A stretch of 64,000 nt of DNA from Raja brachyura (Eukaryota), in contig OY740811.1 in NCBI GenBank assembly GCA_963514005.1, forward strand, positions 24,924,001 to 24,988,000. Direction: 5' to 3'. The translations under genes and the position numbers were made by a program. Below the pieces are notes generated by a model that searched no databases, had not been told where the DNA came from, and saw only the letters and a program-made list of their open reading frames with translations. Within the stretch, counting starts at the first letter, position 1, and each line of letters starts with the position of its first letter. This document shows, piece after piece, positions 24,262 through 38,092 of the stretch.

Positions 24262-24389
24262 GGGACTTTTTGGCAGCTTTTCCCGGGCAGCGTGGTGTAG
24301 ATGGAGTCAGTGGTGGGAAGTCTGATTGACTGGTGATTGACTGGTCTACATCTACAACACTGCAATTTCTTGTTGTCTTGGACAAAGTT

Positions 24390-24662
24390 GCTGCCTTACA
24401 GTGCGAGATAACCTAGTTTGATCCTGCCTATGGGTGCTGACTGGAGTTTGTATGTTCTCCCGATGACCGCGTGGGTTTTCTCCGGTTGCTCCGGTTTCCT
24501 CCCACAATCCAAAAATGTACAGGTTTGTAGGTTAATTGGCGTTGGTAAAATTGTAAATTGTCCCTAATGTGTAGGATATTATTAGTGTGTGGGGATCACT
24601 GGTCGGCGCGGACTCGGTGGGCCGAAGGGCCTGTTTCCATGCTGTATTTCTTAACTAAACAA
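24390..24662 (+). mobile_element. HE1-type tRNA-derived V-SINE
   Basis: tRNA-like head remnant; V-domain GGGTTTTCTCCGGTTGCTCCGGTTTCCTCCCACA; CR1/HER1-derived tail GGGCCGAAGGGCCTGTTTCCATGCTGTA. Confidence 0.88.
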
Positions 24663-27194
24663 AGGGGCACGATGCTGCGCAGTATTTAGCATTTAATGAA
24701 AGGGTGCCTATTTTGTTTGATTTTGTCATTGCACGATAAAGGCCTGTGAATTTTTCGCACTGAGTTCAAGTAAATGCAAAGAAAACAAAATTATGAAAGT
24801 GATACCTTTGGTTTTAATAGGTGAAGAAGTCACTGGGCATTCAAAGCAGTTCATCAAACATTAAGACATCACTCATTGTGACTGGATTTACTTTCATAAT
24901 TTAAAGATCTTTTCATATTGTAGCAAATAACTTCACAAAGTTTGTGTCTTCTAAAGTAAAGAGGAGACTTCAGTGATCCACCCTTAAACTTTTGAATGAA
25001 CCATATTTGAGGGTGGTAACCATTGTCAAATAAGTTTATTTTCAAATAGTTAATACAACTTATTTGCATTGATTGGTTTGATCATTTTGTAGAATATTGG
25101 CCATTTTGACCATTTTGTAGACAAATTTTCCCAACATTTAACCCATTAGTCCATGCTGGTTCTCTGTATCAGCAATTAAAATCCCATGACCTGCGCCTCG
25201 GAGCCCTACCATTTTATCCCCTTCAAATATTCAGTCCATTTCTTTATAGTTAAATCTGCTTCCATAACTCTTTTCAAGTAATAAATTCTGGATCCTGACT
25301 ATTTGCCAGTTGAACATTTCTTCCACAAGTCATTCCCTCGTTTCAAAAGGTGCTTTGTCAGAATGGTAAATTGTTTATCCAAAGATTGGTACAGCCAGTT
25401 GGAATATGCAATATTAAAATATTATATTCTCTGAATTAAAATATTTAATTCCTCCTCAACGGATATTACAGTATTTTTAAATACTATTGGACAATTTAAT
25501 GCACACTTTGAAAGACAACTCACTCCTCTTAAACATATTAGCTACAATTAAGGTACTTAAAAAAACAGTGCTGAATAACATAATAGAAAGGATTGTTTTT
25601 AATATTAGTGTTCTTTCAACATTCACTTGATGATCTAAAGTATAATTTGTGACTAAGTTTACATCCAATCTTAAATGAGATACTGTATGCATTGCTCTAA
25701 ATATTTAGTATATTGATGTGTCTATAAAGAATTTTTAATTGTTGGAAAGCTTCAATGATATGTAAATTAAGTCAATTATATGTAGGGTTTTAATTAGCAG
25801 CTAGGTTCATGTGTGAAGTACATCAGATTAATTATGTGGCACATCTGCTGATAATTTACTACTTTTCTGCAGACCCATCAAAACTGTGAAATTTGCATCC
25901 TTAGGTAGTTTGACAAGAAAGAGCAGAATTTGCCAACAAATAAATTATGTAATGCCTCTGTCTATGTTATGTTTGAAATTGTTTTGGTTTTGTAATAGGT
26001 TAAATAAATTGCTTCATTAAATTGTAACCTGTTTAATTTCAGGAGTAATTTGTGTGCAGTTTACCATGTACGTTGATGTGGATTATATATATATATATTT
26101 GATAATTTGTGTCCTTAATATACATTTCTCATACATGATGTTTTGGTGAATAAAATATAATTGATTATATTTTATTGCTAAAGTAAATCTGACCTAACCT
26201 TTTTAAGTGAAAAAGTTAAAAGTTGCCATTTCAGGTTTTCTATATATTGATTAAGTAATGCCAATTATTTTTGTCTTGCCTGTGTGTGTTTTGCAGGAGT
26301 GATGGGGACAAATTTAATCTTCCCCTGGGAAATAACTGTTTTTGCACAAGGGAGAAGGATATGAGAGGGATAGGTTGTTACCAGTGGATGTGTAGCACAT
26401 TGATCCAAAGGGAGTAAATTTTAAACTAATATATACAAATGGTGAATGTGGATGATTTTCAAAAACTTGTATTTTTATTAGAATGATATCAGCGTAATTT
26501 TAAGTGCTGTCTATAATATTTGTAGTAGAATAGCATTGTAATTTGAATATGTGAATTTTAATCTCTTGAAAAGGAGTGTCATTGACAGCCCAAAGTGATA
26601 GCCGCAAGGGAATTTGAAGATTTGACAGAGTGGACATTATGCATTCGATTGTTGACTTGCCTGAAGTCTTTCAAAATTATATTACGATATGCCATTCCTG
26701 GGAGCTCAGTACCTAATCAAATTATAAATTCATTGTTTGATGACTAGATCATGTGCATTTTTTTAATACTCCGTATGAACACGGTGTTATGACATTGACC
26801 AACAATAGCAGTCTTTGCTTAAAATGCACAAGGTTACATCATTTTAAGTTTTGAATTACATTGACAGCTTTGTTAGTGTCATTCACTGACACCTGTCTGA
26901 GGAAACACCAACTTCTCAAGTAGTTCAAATAGTCCGTCAACTTTTCCACTCTTTATTGTAACCCTGGTGGAATTAGTGTGTTGATGTCAAAAGCGAACAG
27001 GCGTTGGCACAAATAATGGTCACTTAGATGGGAAGCAGAAGGTGCCTATCTGTAAACCTCTTCCTTTCCATCAGAAGAGAAAATACCTAGCACATGCTTT
27101 TTGGTGCACTACAATTTCTAGATCATTGTATGTATAACATGCATTTGTACATTTCAGTTCCAAGAACCTAGACAAAAAATCAATATTGAATTTG

Positions 27195-27320
27195 TTTAAG
27201 AAGGAACTGCAGATGCTGGAAAAGGTAGACAAAAATGCTAGAGAAACTCAGCAGGTGAGGCAGCATCTATGGAGCGAAGGAAATAGGCAACTTTTCGGGC
27301 CGAAACCCTTCTTCAGACTG
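27195..27320 (-). mobile_element. Penelope terminal repeat with near-intact hammerhead
   Basis: Reverse complement reads CAGT-CTGAAGA-AGGGTT-TC-GGCCC-GAAAAGTT-GCC; stem III C>A change. Confidence 0.85.
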
Positions 27321-28041
27321 GTTTGGTTTGGTTCCTTTCTTCCTTAAATTGGCATAAAATCTAAATAACTTGCAGTTGAATGGATTATTTGTACAAGGAA
27401 GTTGCAGATCTGATCTTATTAAGCTTAGGATGTTGTTTCAAAGTTCCACCTGTAATTTATGCCAGTGGTTCTCAATATTCATGAGTGAAAACCAACTGGT
27501 TCACATTCAGTAAAATATGTGCACCCCCTGAAATTGTCTAATGACATCATGGGCCACTCCTTTTAATGAATTGGGGCTGCCCTGTGTATTCTCAGGGGTT
27601 CTCTGAGGCAGCTGTTGTACCAAGTATATTTTTATGTATTTGTACTTTTTGTGAACTTTCTTACTAAATTACCTCAATATTGTTAAAGGCTCAATGTGGC
27701 TCTTCCTGAGAGGTTATCCACCCCAGATTGAAAAAAAAAATGCTTTAGAGGTTGTGTCCAGGGTAACTAGATATGATTAAAGTGAGTTGACATTTTCTGC
27801 CAACCTTCATTAAAGCAAGCTTTTTTCCCCGTCTTTAACATTATGGTGTATGTTTCTATTTCAGCTTTTAAAGAAACAACTTTGGTGTCTTGGGAAGGGT
27901 GTCCTTTATTTGAATGAATTATGTGTATGATGAAACCAGGAAGGATTTATTTGTTGAAGTATTTGTGTATCCTCATAACTAGAAATGATGGTAAAAAATT
28001 ACACTGGTCAACATTTTAGGAAAAGCTGTGGTTCAGTTTGT

Positions 28042-28129
28042 GGGGTTGAGGGTGTAATCTTCACGATTACACCCTCAATCCCAAGATTCAAGATTCTTGA
28101 ATCTTGAATCTTGGGATTGAGGGTGTAAT
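28042..28129. repeat. Compound palindrome (perfect 31-bp arms plus an overlapping 14-bp hairpin)
   Basis: 28066-28096 is the exact reverse complement of 28099-28129; 28046-28059 is the reverse complement of 28065-28078. Confidence 0.95.
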
Positions 28130-31100
28130 TTTTTCATATTTTGGGATCATTGGTATGTGTAAAGATTTTTTGTTCTCTCTGCCTCATGCCAATATTTCTT
28201 AAAGGAAGTACATTAATTGTCTTTTTATAATTCAAACCATAGTGTTTTTCAAAGAGATTTGAAAAGATTGTCTGCAAGCATAACTTCCTGCACATGTGTA
28301 GTCTGGTGAAATGATTGTTTTAAATAGTACAACTTTTGCCGGGTGATCAAAGTTATATAGCAGTCATATTTAGAATTGATATATTTTCAAGATATTGTGG
28401 GGAAAGTGGACGTGAGTTAGTGCAGGATAAGTGGCAGTGAAAATAATAATCATCTTTAATCTTATTGAATTATGAAGTAGGCAGGAGGGCTGAATGGCCT
28501 ACTGCTTCTGTTTATGTTCTCATCTTATCTCTGGTTGTTGTGGTAAAGACAAACAATTCTTGAATTATTTTTGTTTTAAATAGTGAATGAAGTATCTTGA
28601 TATTTATTAGCTGTAATACAGGTCCTCCCAGAGTTACAACAGGGATCCGTTCCTGAGAACTGGTCGTAACCCAAACAGTTTGCAAGTCAGATATGCAACC
28701 ATCCAGCAATAGATTTAAATAAAAACACATAGCAGCTAATGGCAATTGCAGTTAAACCATTCAGATGTTGTTGTGAACAGAGTTCCCACACGGCTAAAGA
28801 CGTCTGAAGCCCCACAGCAGTCAACACAATTGGCCCGACAGTCTCCCATGCACGCCCTCGAATGTCCAGGCTGTACATAGCCTGGGTGTTCATTACCTGG
28901 GAAAGACGTGTATAAACTCATGAAAACGGTTTCATGTGCTTTTATTATTTATATAATTTAAAAGCAATTAGGGCAGTAAATAAAAGTGCAAGTGAATGGA
29001 CCTCTGTGTGGTATCCTATTGTATATACATTTCTTTGTCCAAGATTATAGCAGTAATCATACAGAAAATATGGTGTATTGTTACTGCTACACTTTTTTGT
29101 GAGTTTGTACTTCTAGCAGGCTGTTGTTAAAGATTGATTTGAATCTGCAGTAGTGTAGTGTCTGCCAGGGACAATATTATGAACTCTAGTCAGTAGCCAG
29201 TCTGTCTAGCTTGTGGAAGATATTCAGTAAGCTTATAAATCATATGTTGTTTTATGACTCTAGTTGGTAAAATTCTCGACTGCGGCAGCTTGCTGACAGT
29301 ACGTTCCAGACATTCTGTCAGAATTTTGCTGTTTCAGCCACAGTGGCTTTTGTGCACCGATGTCAGTTTTGATTCCCATGTCTTCCTGGGGCCATTGACA
29401 TATGACCTGAATGATATAGTTTCTCCCACCCCCAAGGTGCCTGAATATCCCAGATGGTAGTGTGGTGGGGGTTGGGGGGGGGGGGGCAGAAGATCAAAAA
29501 CCTCATGAGAAAAAAATGCTGGGATCATGTGGTAGCTCCAACATGAAAGTAGCCATGTCTTTAATCTTAAATTCAATTGCTTCATTTTCAAGAAACAAAA
29601 AGAGACATTGAAAGTTGTATATTTCCATTGTGGTAAAGAACTCCTTATTAAGACTTCTTATTATCACAACATGAATTGTCATGGGCATTCTTTTACTTCT
29701 TTCTTTATATCCTTGCCCTGTCAGTTTGCGAGACAAGAATAAATTGGAAGAAGAAAATGGCAGTTTTGTCGTGTTTATTTTTTATTGTGATCATGTTTGT
29801 GATGGTAGAATAACACAAAATGCAAGTTAAATAGGGTTGGGGATGTTCAGTTACCTCATATTAGTTCATCCTCCAGAACTTTCTTATTTCTCACATTATT
29901 TGTTTGAGGAAATCCCTGGTCCTAAAAGTATCATTACAAGCTTGAAACTGGTGGCCCCTATGTTTTCTCTCCTGCTTTTTCCTTTATTTTGTGAATTTTA
30001 TTATCTTAAGACCCTTTTTAAAGTCTTAGCATGAAATTATTTTAATATAGTACATATTTGCTTTTTCAGAAAGCTACTTTCTGCCATCAAAATATGAGAA
30101 CAATACTTCACTCTATGTACAAAGGTTATAAAATATGAAGATTATTTGTAAAGATAGAAAGATAGGAAAGATTTAGTCTACGAGCCAAATGTAGGCAATT
30201 GGGATTAATACAGTATTCCAAATCGGTAGCATGAACAAGGTAGGCTGAAGGGACCATTTCCATGTTGACTATATAATCTTTAGATTTGTCTTTTATTTTG
30301 CTTCCTACATTATATTTCTATAATATGACAAATGTGTACAGTGCTGGTTCACTTGTAACTTTTCAAAGGGAATTAAAAAAATATATATATATTTGGAAAA
30401 TAAAAAGTTTGCAAAATTGGGGTAGGGGGACGGAAAGGAAAACGAGGGAAGAGATATTATTAGAATTTGATTGAACAAGCACAAATAATGTGCCAAGTAA
30501 CACCTTTCCTTTATATATATATTTTGGAGTTCATAATCAAAACCAATGTTAAAATTAAATTTTCTGCTGCAGTTAGGAGAATTTTGTAATTAGTTTCATA
30601 AAGCTCGATATGATTTACAAACTTATTGAATACCTTCTCTGAAACTTTCCCCGGGCAACTCCAATCTAAAGAAATGAAGTGGATTTGTTTTATCTTAATT
30701 CTGTTGTTTATTATAGGAATCCTTTCTGCAGGACATTCTGTATCAATTTTTGTAATTTCTGTTCTCCAGTAGTCCTAAAATATAATAGTGCCGAGACTGC
30801 TGGAATATAAAGACCAGAAATTGATAGGCTGGTGCGCTCTATTTGAGTTTAACCCTTTTTTCCTGGAAGTTGAGAAATTAATTGATTTCATTGGAATTAT
30901 ACTGGTGATACTGTTTCTGAGTCGATTGCATTTCTTTCCAAAGATTATTTCAAAGGTTTCACTCACATTTTTGGCTGCGTTAATTTAAAATTGTTTTGTT
31001 AACTCAATATTGAAACATACACTATACACATGCTCAGTATAAAAGTGATTGTTAATTTTAAGTGTTCCTTTCACATGTTCCCCCTTACAAAGTGTCAAAC

Positions 31101-32823
31101 ATTTTCTCTTATAATCTTAGAAAATTACCATTGGAGAAGAACTGAAATATTGAGAGAGTGGTTGAATTGCCAGTGATCCCAGTCTCCTATTCTTTCTTTG
31201 TCTGCTTGTTTGAATATTAAAGAAGTGAAGAGGAGGGGTAGCATTTCACATGCAACTCTTGAAAGGTTCCCCATTCAGAGCATTGTGTTAGGACTGTGAT
31301 GTTGCCAGGTTTCTGCATGGCTTTCCAGAGCGATGCCTTAAGAAACCAGTTTAATGTCTAGGCTTGGATTTAACTGTTTCCTGGTTTGAACAGCGAAATA
31401 TTAGCAGCAAACAGCCTATGTGTGTGCAGACACCAAAACTCTTCCAGATGCACAATCTAATAATTAACACGATTTTTAAAATGTATTTATCATGGAATTT
31501 TTTCATGTACCATTATTCAGTTTGCTTTGCAGATTAGATTCTAGAAATTGCTATGGTCTTTCATGAAAAAAATCAGGTTATTTCAATTTTCATGCCATGA
31601 AAGTAATTCATACTCATTGTACATTAAAGGTCTAGGAGAAATGGTAGACCACAAAATCTGATGCAACCCAAGTTATATTTTAAACTATGTTAGGGGAACA
31701 AAAAAGGAGCATAACATAGAGATTAATGAAGACTTGGAATATAGGATAACCTGACTGAAAGTCCATTTGTGAAGTATCGACCCCACTGCCATATAGAATG
31801 GAAACAAAATCAGGGTTCTTATGGTTCTCATCTCCTTTAGTGCAACACGGCTCATGAGCCGAGTGAAGGTGGTCATGACTCCTTTCGTAGAGAATTATGC
31901 TTGGAGAGCCCGCAGAGCCTGGTGCTGGGTGACAACTTTTAAAAGACTTGGTATCATATAATTATGAGTGATTATAGACTATATTGTATTAAAAGATAAC
32001 CTAAAAGAACATGTGATGGTCCATTGCCATAGTCAGTAATGGCTTACATTACTTTAATTACCTGACTTAGTTTAGTGACTGGGCTGGAGATGGTTAACAG
32101 AGAAAATTAGTTACAACCCATCCCCCATCACTTACTTATTTACTTGTAGGTAGCTGGAGGGAAGGGGGTGGTTGTAGTAAGACTTTGGTTGGATAGAATA
32201 ATGATTGTTGCTAAATGTTTCATGCTTTCCTATATTCCGTATCAGTTGTGTAGATTTATGAGTGTTTTGAGTCTGACTAAATATTGTGATGGCATTGTCC
32301 ATTTAAGAAGTGGGATCATTTATATAATGATTGACAGACTTTTTTTAAGGGGGAGGGTTGTAGGAAATTATAAATGTTAAAAAATGGTTAATGGAGTTTT
32401 ACTATCAATTTGATCCTCAGCTACTATTATATGTACCGTATTTTATGATTTCCTCTTATATCCAGTATAATAACCTACTAAAACATGATTTCACTATTTT
32501 TAAAATTAGCACATGAAGTTCTATAAATTCTAAGATGCAGTTGTATGTTTAATTGCAATCTGTATTAGTGGAATAAAGCTTTCAGTTTCCTATGATATGT
32601 TTTTCTGGAAGAGCCTGGGAGGACCCAACTATATTTTCAAATTTGATATCAAAAAAGTTCCCAGGCTTGACTTTCGTTTGGGTCAGATCATAATTTTATA
32701 TGCAAATAGATTCCTACTTCTTGGAATTAGTGGGTGATTTTACTTCTCTGCCCATTACATTTTCAACCAGTCACACCTTTGTGAAATGTAGAAAAAGGGT
32801 TAAAAAAAAAACTCAGTGTGACT

Positions 32824-32905
32824 GGTAGTCTGAAGAAGGGTCTCGACCCGAGACGTCCCCAGATGCTGCCCGACCCGCTGAGTTCCTCCAGCACTTTGTG
32901 TTTTG
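32824..32905 (+). mobile_element. Short Penelope terminal-repeat insertion (outer element)
   Basis: CTGAAGA-AGGGTC-TC-GACCC-GAGACGTC; outer direct repeat CAGTGTGACT at 32814-32823 and 33548-33557. Confidence 0.8.
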
Positions 32906-32908
32906 CAG

Positions 32909-33536
32909 GTAGACAAAAGTTCTGGAGAAACTCAACGGGTGCAGCAGCATCTATGGAGCAAAGGAAATATACAACGTTTCGGGTCGGTCAGAAGTATATC
33001 ACCTGCGATGGAGATATTGAGGTCAAGAAATGGTAGGGATGTATCGGAAATGATCCAGGTGTATTTGAATGCTGGATGGAATTTAGTGGTGAAGCGGATG
33101 AAGTCAGTCAGTTGTGTGTGGGTGCAGGAGGTAGCACCAAAGCAATCGTCGATGTAGCAGAGGTAGAGGTTGGGAATGGGGCCCTGGTACGCCTCGAACA
33201 AGGGTTGTTCGACGTACCCTACAAAGAGGCAGGCATAGCTAGGGCCCATGCGCCTGCCCATAGCTGCGCCTTGTATTTAAAGGAAATGAGAGTAGTCAAA
33301 CGAGAAGTTATTAAGCATAAGGACCAGCTCCAATAGGCGGAGGAGAGTATCTGTAGACGGGGATTGATTGGTTCTCCGGTCGAGGAAGAACCGGAGGGCT
33401 TTGAGACCCTCCTGGTGGGGGATAGAGGTGTAGAGTGACTGGAAGTCCATGGTGAAGATGAGGGGATGTGGGCCTAGAGAATGGAATGCCCAGAGACGAC
33501 GGAGAGTGTCTGAGGTGTCTTGAACATAGATAGGGT
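32909..33536 (-). mobile_element. Internally deleted Penelope element: RT fragment fused to a terminal repeat
   Basis: ORF 32932-33261(-) reads MGRRMGPSYACLFVGYVEQ...YIDDCFG...PFLDLNI (PLE RT, YIDD motif); upstream LIFTMDFQSLYTSIPH; 14-bp TSD TTTGTGTTTTGCAG (32895-32908 and 33537-33550). Confidence 0.92.
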
Positions 33537-34829
33537 TTTGTGTTTTGCAGTGTGACTAACTACTTGAATCGTATACTACCTTACCTCCTAATAAAGAACT
33601 ACCTGGCGGGCACTCAGACTCTGCTGTAAATCTTGCTTGCACAAGGTAATTTAGTGGGTGAGGAGATTGATGTTGAACTACCAAATATTTTTGTGCATTT
33701 AGGGTGCATATGACACATCTTAACCCCTTGGTGTATAAGCAAAATAACTAAATTAATTAAATTTAGTATTGGACAATCAGACACACTACCCTGTACCAGT
33801 TAGATTTTTTAATTAATTATGAGCCTCGGGATATAAAGTGGTATACCTGCTAGGACTTGGCTCAGTTCTCAGCTAGGACTTTCTTAGTAACTGTGATCAC
33901 AGAAGCAAGAGTACTGGTAAGTTTATAATATTTGCCTCTGATCAAGAAATGAAATTGACAAGGAGCATTTTATGAATGAAAAATGAAAATGGTGCAGTAA
34001 GAAAGAAAACAAATCCATTTGCAGGTATAAAGAAATAAAGGAGGTACAGACCTTTAAAGGGATAGTAGACAGATGGGGAAGGAATATGAATGTAAGATGG
34101 GGGAGGTCAGTCTACCAGCCGTATTTAGTGAATAGAGGGGGAAATGCAGGCAGAAAACAAAAGCTGACAGGCAGCCTTCAACCCCAGCCTAACAAGAGTG
34201 TATGCATGAAAGATCAAGCCTATTCAGAGTTTTGAAGGGAAATCTCTGGAGGACCACCTGAAAGATTTGGAGAGGACATTATCTGCAGCTGGGATTTGAA
34301 TTTAAAAAACAGTTTAGAAAGAAATGCCTAAATTAGGAGCGAGAACAAGAGGATTACAGTTCATTGATGCACAGCTACTTTAGGGATGTGTTTACATATA
34401 CCAGAAATGACATTTGCAAACAAATGTCTTGGGCAAGATTTTTAAAGCAAAAATAAACAAGATATTTTTCTAATTCATCTGTGAGGGTTAAGTGACTACC
34501 TGGAACAACAGAATGTTATTTATTTTTTATCTTTGTGATTTGGTGTTTAAAAGGACCCATGCAACAATTTTGAAAAACGAGACAGCTACCGTACATTTGA
34601 ATCATTTCAAGAAGAGGATTTTTTGACTTTCCAGAGAATTGAGATCAAAATATGAGATTTGTGGATGTTTTTAAAGGACTGAATATTGCCAACAAGTCTT
34701 CACCACGATGTGTATGTTTAAAAGATACTTCTGGTTATGGAGAGCACATTTGAGTTTTCCAGATGTCTTTTTGCAGCTATTAAATATTAGATCAAGGTCA
34801 TTCCTGTTGCATTAACATAACATGGATTC

Positions 34830-35225
34830 CTTTTTTTAAATTTTATTAGAGGTAAGTACAGGAATATGGCACCAAGGTGCCTAATATATATTGACATATT
34901 ACATTTTATGTATAGCATTTTTTTAAATGATGAAAAAGAAAAAGAGAGAATAGATAATAAAAGATAAAGAAACATGGGATATATAGTGTGTGAGAAAGAA
35001 AAAAGTGAAAGAAGAAAGTTGAAAAAAAAGAAAGAAAAAGAGTAGAAAGTAAGAGGTTAAGGAGATCGTTGTCTATATTCTTGACCATCCCTCACCCAAT
35101 CCTGAAACAGTTAGCTTCTATGGTTTTGTTGCACCATATGCTTCCAAAAAATCGACAAATGGAGACCAACTCGTTAAGAATTGGTCTGATTTAGGAGGAA
35201 TCGCATTTCCTCAAGAACGTGGATT
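34830..35225 (-). mobile_element. L1-clade 3' end
   Basis: Poly-T plus TTTATT at 34830-34848; minus-strand peptide LEEMRF...SDQFLTSWSPFVDFLEAYGATKP*, resembling a fish-type L1 ORF2 C-terminus. Confidence 0.7.
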
Positions 35226-38004
35226 TCTAAGAGATGTTGTACCTTTTTACAAATGTACAGTCCATCGATGTCATAAATTGATTTAATATGTCCTTTTTAT
35301 TTCTTGTCAATCAATAAACTTTGCTCCACGTATGCCCTTTTTAAAGAGAACAGGAAAAGAAGGGTAATTACTAAATAACCTTTTTACAGACTACTGTGTT
35401 TATAAAATTATTTTGGCTCATTTCCAAATTGATTAGCTAAGAAGAATACTGCCAAGGCAAATTCGATTGGTTTGTGAAATTTAGTTGAACCGGGGAAATT
35501 TCTGTTTCTATGAGTAAATGCTCGTCAGCCAAAAAAGGCAGTGCTGCCCACAAATTACTGAGAATGTGACCAAATAATTCTTAATCTGTTGAATATTTAA
35601 TCTTGCAGAAAGGAAAATACAATTATCACTTTGTTTTTTGTCAAACTTACTTTTGAAATGATTGCTGGGCATTTCAAGACATGTATATTCTGGTATTGGT
35701 TTATTATTGTCATGAATACTGTGAGACAGTGAAAAACTTTGTTTCACGAGTTATCCAGGCACATCATGTCATATGTGAGTTCTTTAGTTGAACTAAGATG
35801 CCTCTTAACAGTATTTGTGAACTAAATAGCAGATTTACTTTTCTCTCAAATTGGGATTCAGTCGGTGACCAGAAAGGAGAAGTACACTGCAAATTGCAAA
35901 GTGATTATGACCTTGCTTGGCTGTATTCAGCTGCAAATTTGAGCAATATTTATATGTTGGGTGCCCTTAAAGCTGCTATTAATTTTAGAACAGCCAAGTT
36001 TTTCCAAAGCTAGATGATAATTTCATACAAAGTGTTAAGACATATCCTGTAACATTGCATAGAAAACTGAATTTGTGGTAATAAAAAGCCTTTTTAAGGC
36101 AGCCTGCTGTTTGTTTTATTCATTTTGTTGTAGAAATTATCTTGGGCTTGTAGCAACTTGTTTTTTAAGTTGTACATTTTGGAAGAATACCAGGGAACAA
36201 TTTAATATGTGACAACTATTGAACTTGTGTAGATCTGTTCGTGCATTGAAGGATTTTTTGGCTCGCTGTGCTGAAATTGAATTTTAAAATTGCAAGGTAA
36301 AAAGCACTTAATTATATCACAATCTTTTTTTTACTGTGATTTTGTAAATGGAATTTAGTATTTGCTGTGAAAATAGCTGTAAAATATCTTGGCCAATGTG
36401 CACAAGTTAAGTTAGCTCATTCCTTCTAACCATTTAAAATCTGTAGGCATGTCATTAATGCTAATGGAACATGATAGGGTTTCAGCTGTGTTTTTAAAGT
36501 GAATTTTAGCTTAATATTATTGAAACAATTCCTCCTCTGTCAATTCTATCATTTTTGCTACAAGTAGATACACTATTGATACCTGGAGGGGAAAATGCAT
36601 TGTTGTGCCAAATAATAAAGTGTATCATCTTGTAGATTTTTTAATAAATAACTGCAACAAAAGTAAACCAATATGGTAGGATGTATTTAAAAAAAAAAAT
36701 ATTATAAAACATATATTGCTGAAAAAAATCTGATTTGAAGACAGGGTAATGAAATAAGTGTATTTGTTGCAAAGTTGTTTTTAGCATTTTTTTTTTAAAG
36801 AGTTCAGTGATTTGGTTGGGTAATGCAGGAGGAGAGGCTGCTTGCTGTCCTTTCAGTACAAAGGGCACAATGTCTGTTTGCATTATTCATTACTCTGAAA
36901 TATACACATCTTTGGCGTCTTCTCGTTCTCTATATGGCCAGTCACACCGTCTGCGCTGTCTGACATTGGTCTAATCAAGCTATGGTGATGAGGCTAGACA
37001 CATGCAACATGATGCTGCAGTTATATTAAGATTTGTTGTAATCTAGACTTGGTCTGTTGAGCAAATACAAACAGTATAAGATGTTATTTAAAAATAACGG
37101 CCTTGCAATGTGTTGTGTTAGACGGAACACTTCAATAAAAAAGTGATAACCTGGTAGTTATAGTCGCTGATGGAAATTTTAACTTTTACACAGGAAAGCA
37201 GTCCACTGCACAAGCAGCCCATCTGGGAGCAGTGATGGGAGGCCCAGACGATTTTTAACTGCTGGTTCTCATTAATGAGCCCCTGACTGAGTTAGGCTGA
37301 GAAGTTAGCAGGAATCAGATGGCCCGGAGGCTGCCCATCAGGCTTTGGATAAATGTGCGGATGTGGATTCTGAGCAGCCAGGGATTTTGTAGGGGGTGGG
37401 AGCCAGGCAGGAGCCAACGCCCCTGGAGGACATGAAGGGGCACTCTTACTCCTAACCACACAAAGGTTTGATAGACTCACTAAGTTCTTGGTGTTTAGAC
37501 TGCACAGATTGACGGGATAACTTACCTGCTCCATTCTTGGTATGCATATGGCTTTTTTGCGGAATGAGGGAAATTAAAATTCCACAGAATTTAACTTTCA
37601 AGGCTTTAACCTGAAGGAGTGTATTGGGCACACAGTAAGAGTGAACATCAGTAACTGGAGGAAGAAAATAAATAGAAATGCTGCAAGTTCGATGGGGAAA
37701 GTTAGCTTCAGGGCAGTAATGAAAAGGACTTGGACAAAAGCAGAATAAGCAATTTAATTACCAGTCCAATGCTCGGTTACATTGGTGTTTAGGGGAAGTT
37801 AATATTAATTTGCGTTTCCATTATCATCAGACATTTGAAGTAGCTTACCTTTCTTAATCTGTTTGCCAACCACATTCTTTTGGTAATAAGAATGTTGAAG
37901 CTTCATAGAGCACATGACCTGCAATTTTCTGATAGAGTTTGTCTTTTGAAAATTTTGTATAAAATTATATCCTTATGGTAGACAAAGTTTAAAGTTGTGC
38001 ATGA

Positions 38005-38092
38005 TCATGGCCTATACAGCATGGAAACAGGCCCTTCGGCCCAACTTGTCCATGCCGACCAAGATGCCCCATCTTCGCTAGTCCCATCTGTT
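38005..38092 (-). mobile_element. CR1/HER1 3' tail
   Basis: ACAGCATGGAAACAGGCCCTTCGGCCC is the reverse complement of the tail at 24619-24646. Confidence 0.75.

Noticed and set aside
28617-28700. TA-CAGG... start resembling a Tigger/mariner MITE end
   Set aside because: No matching second TIR or TSD was found; too degraded to call.
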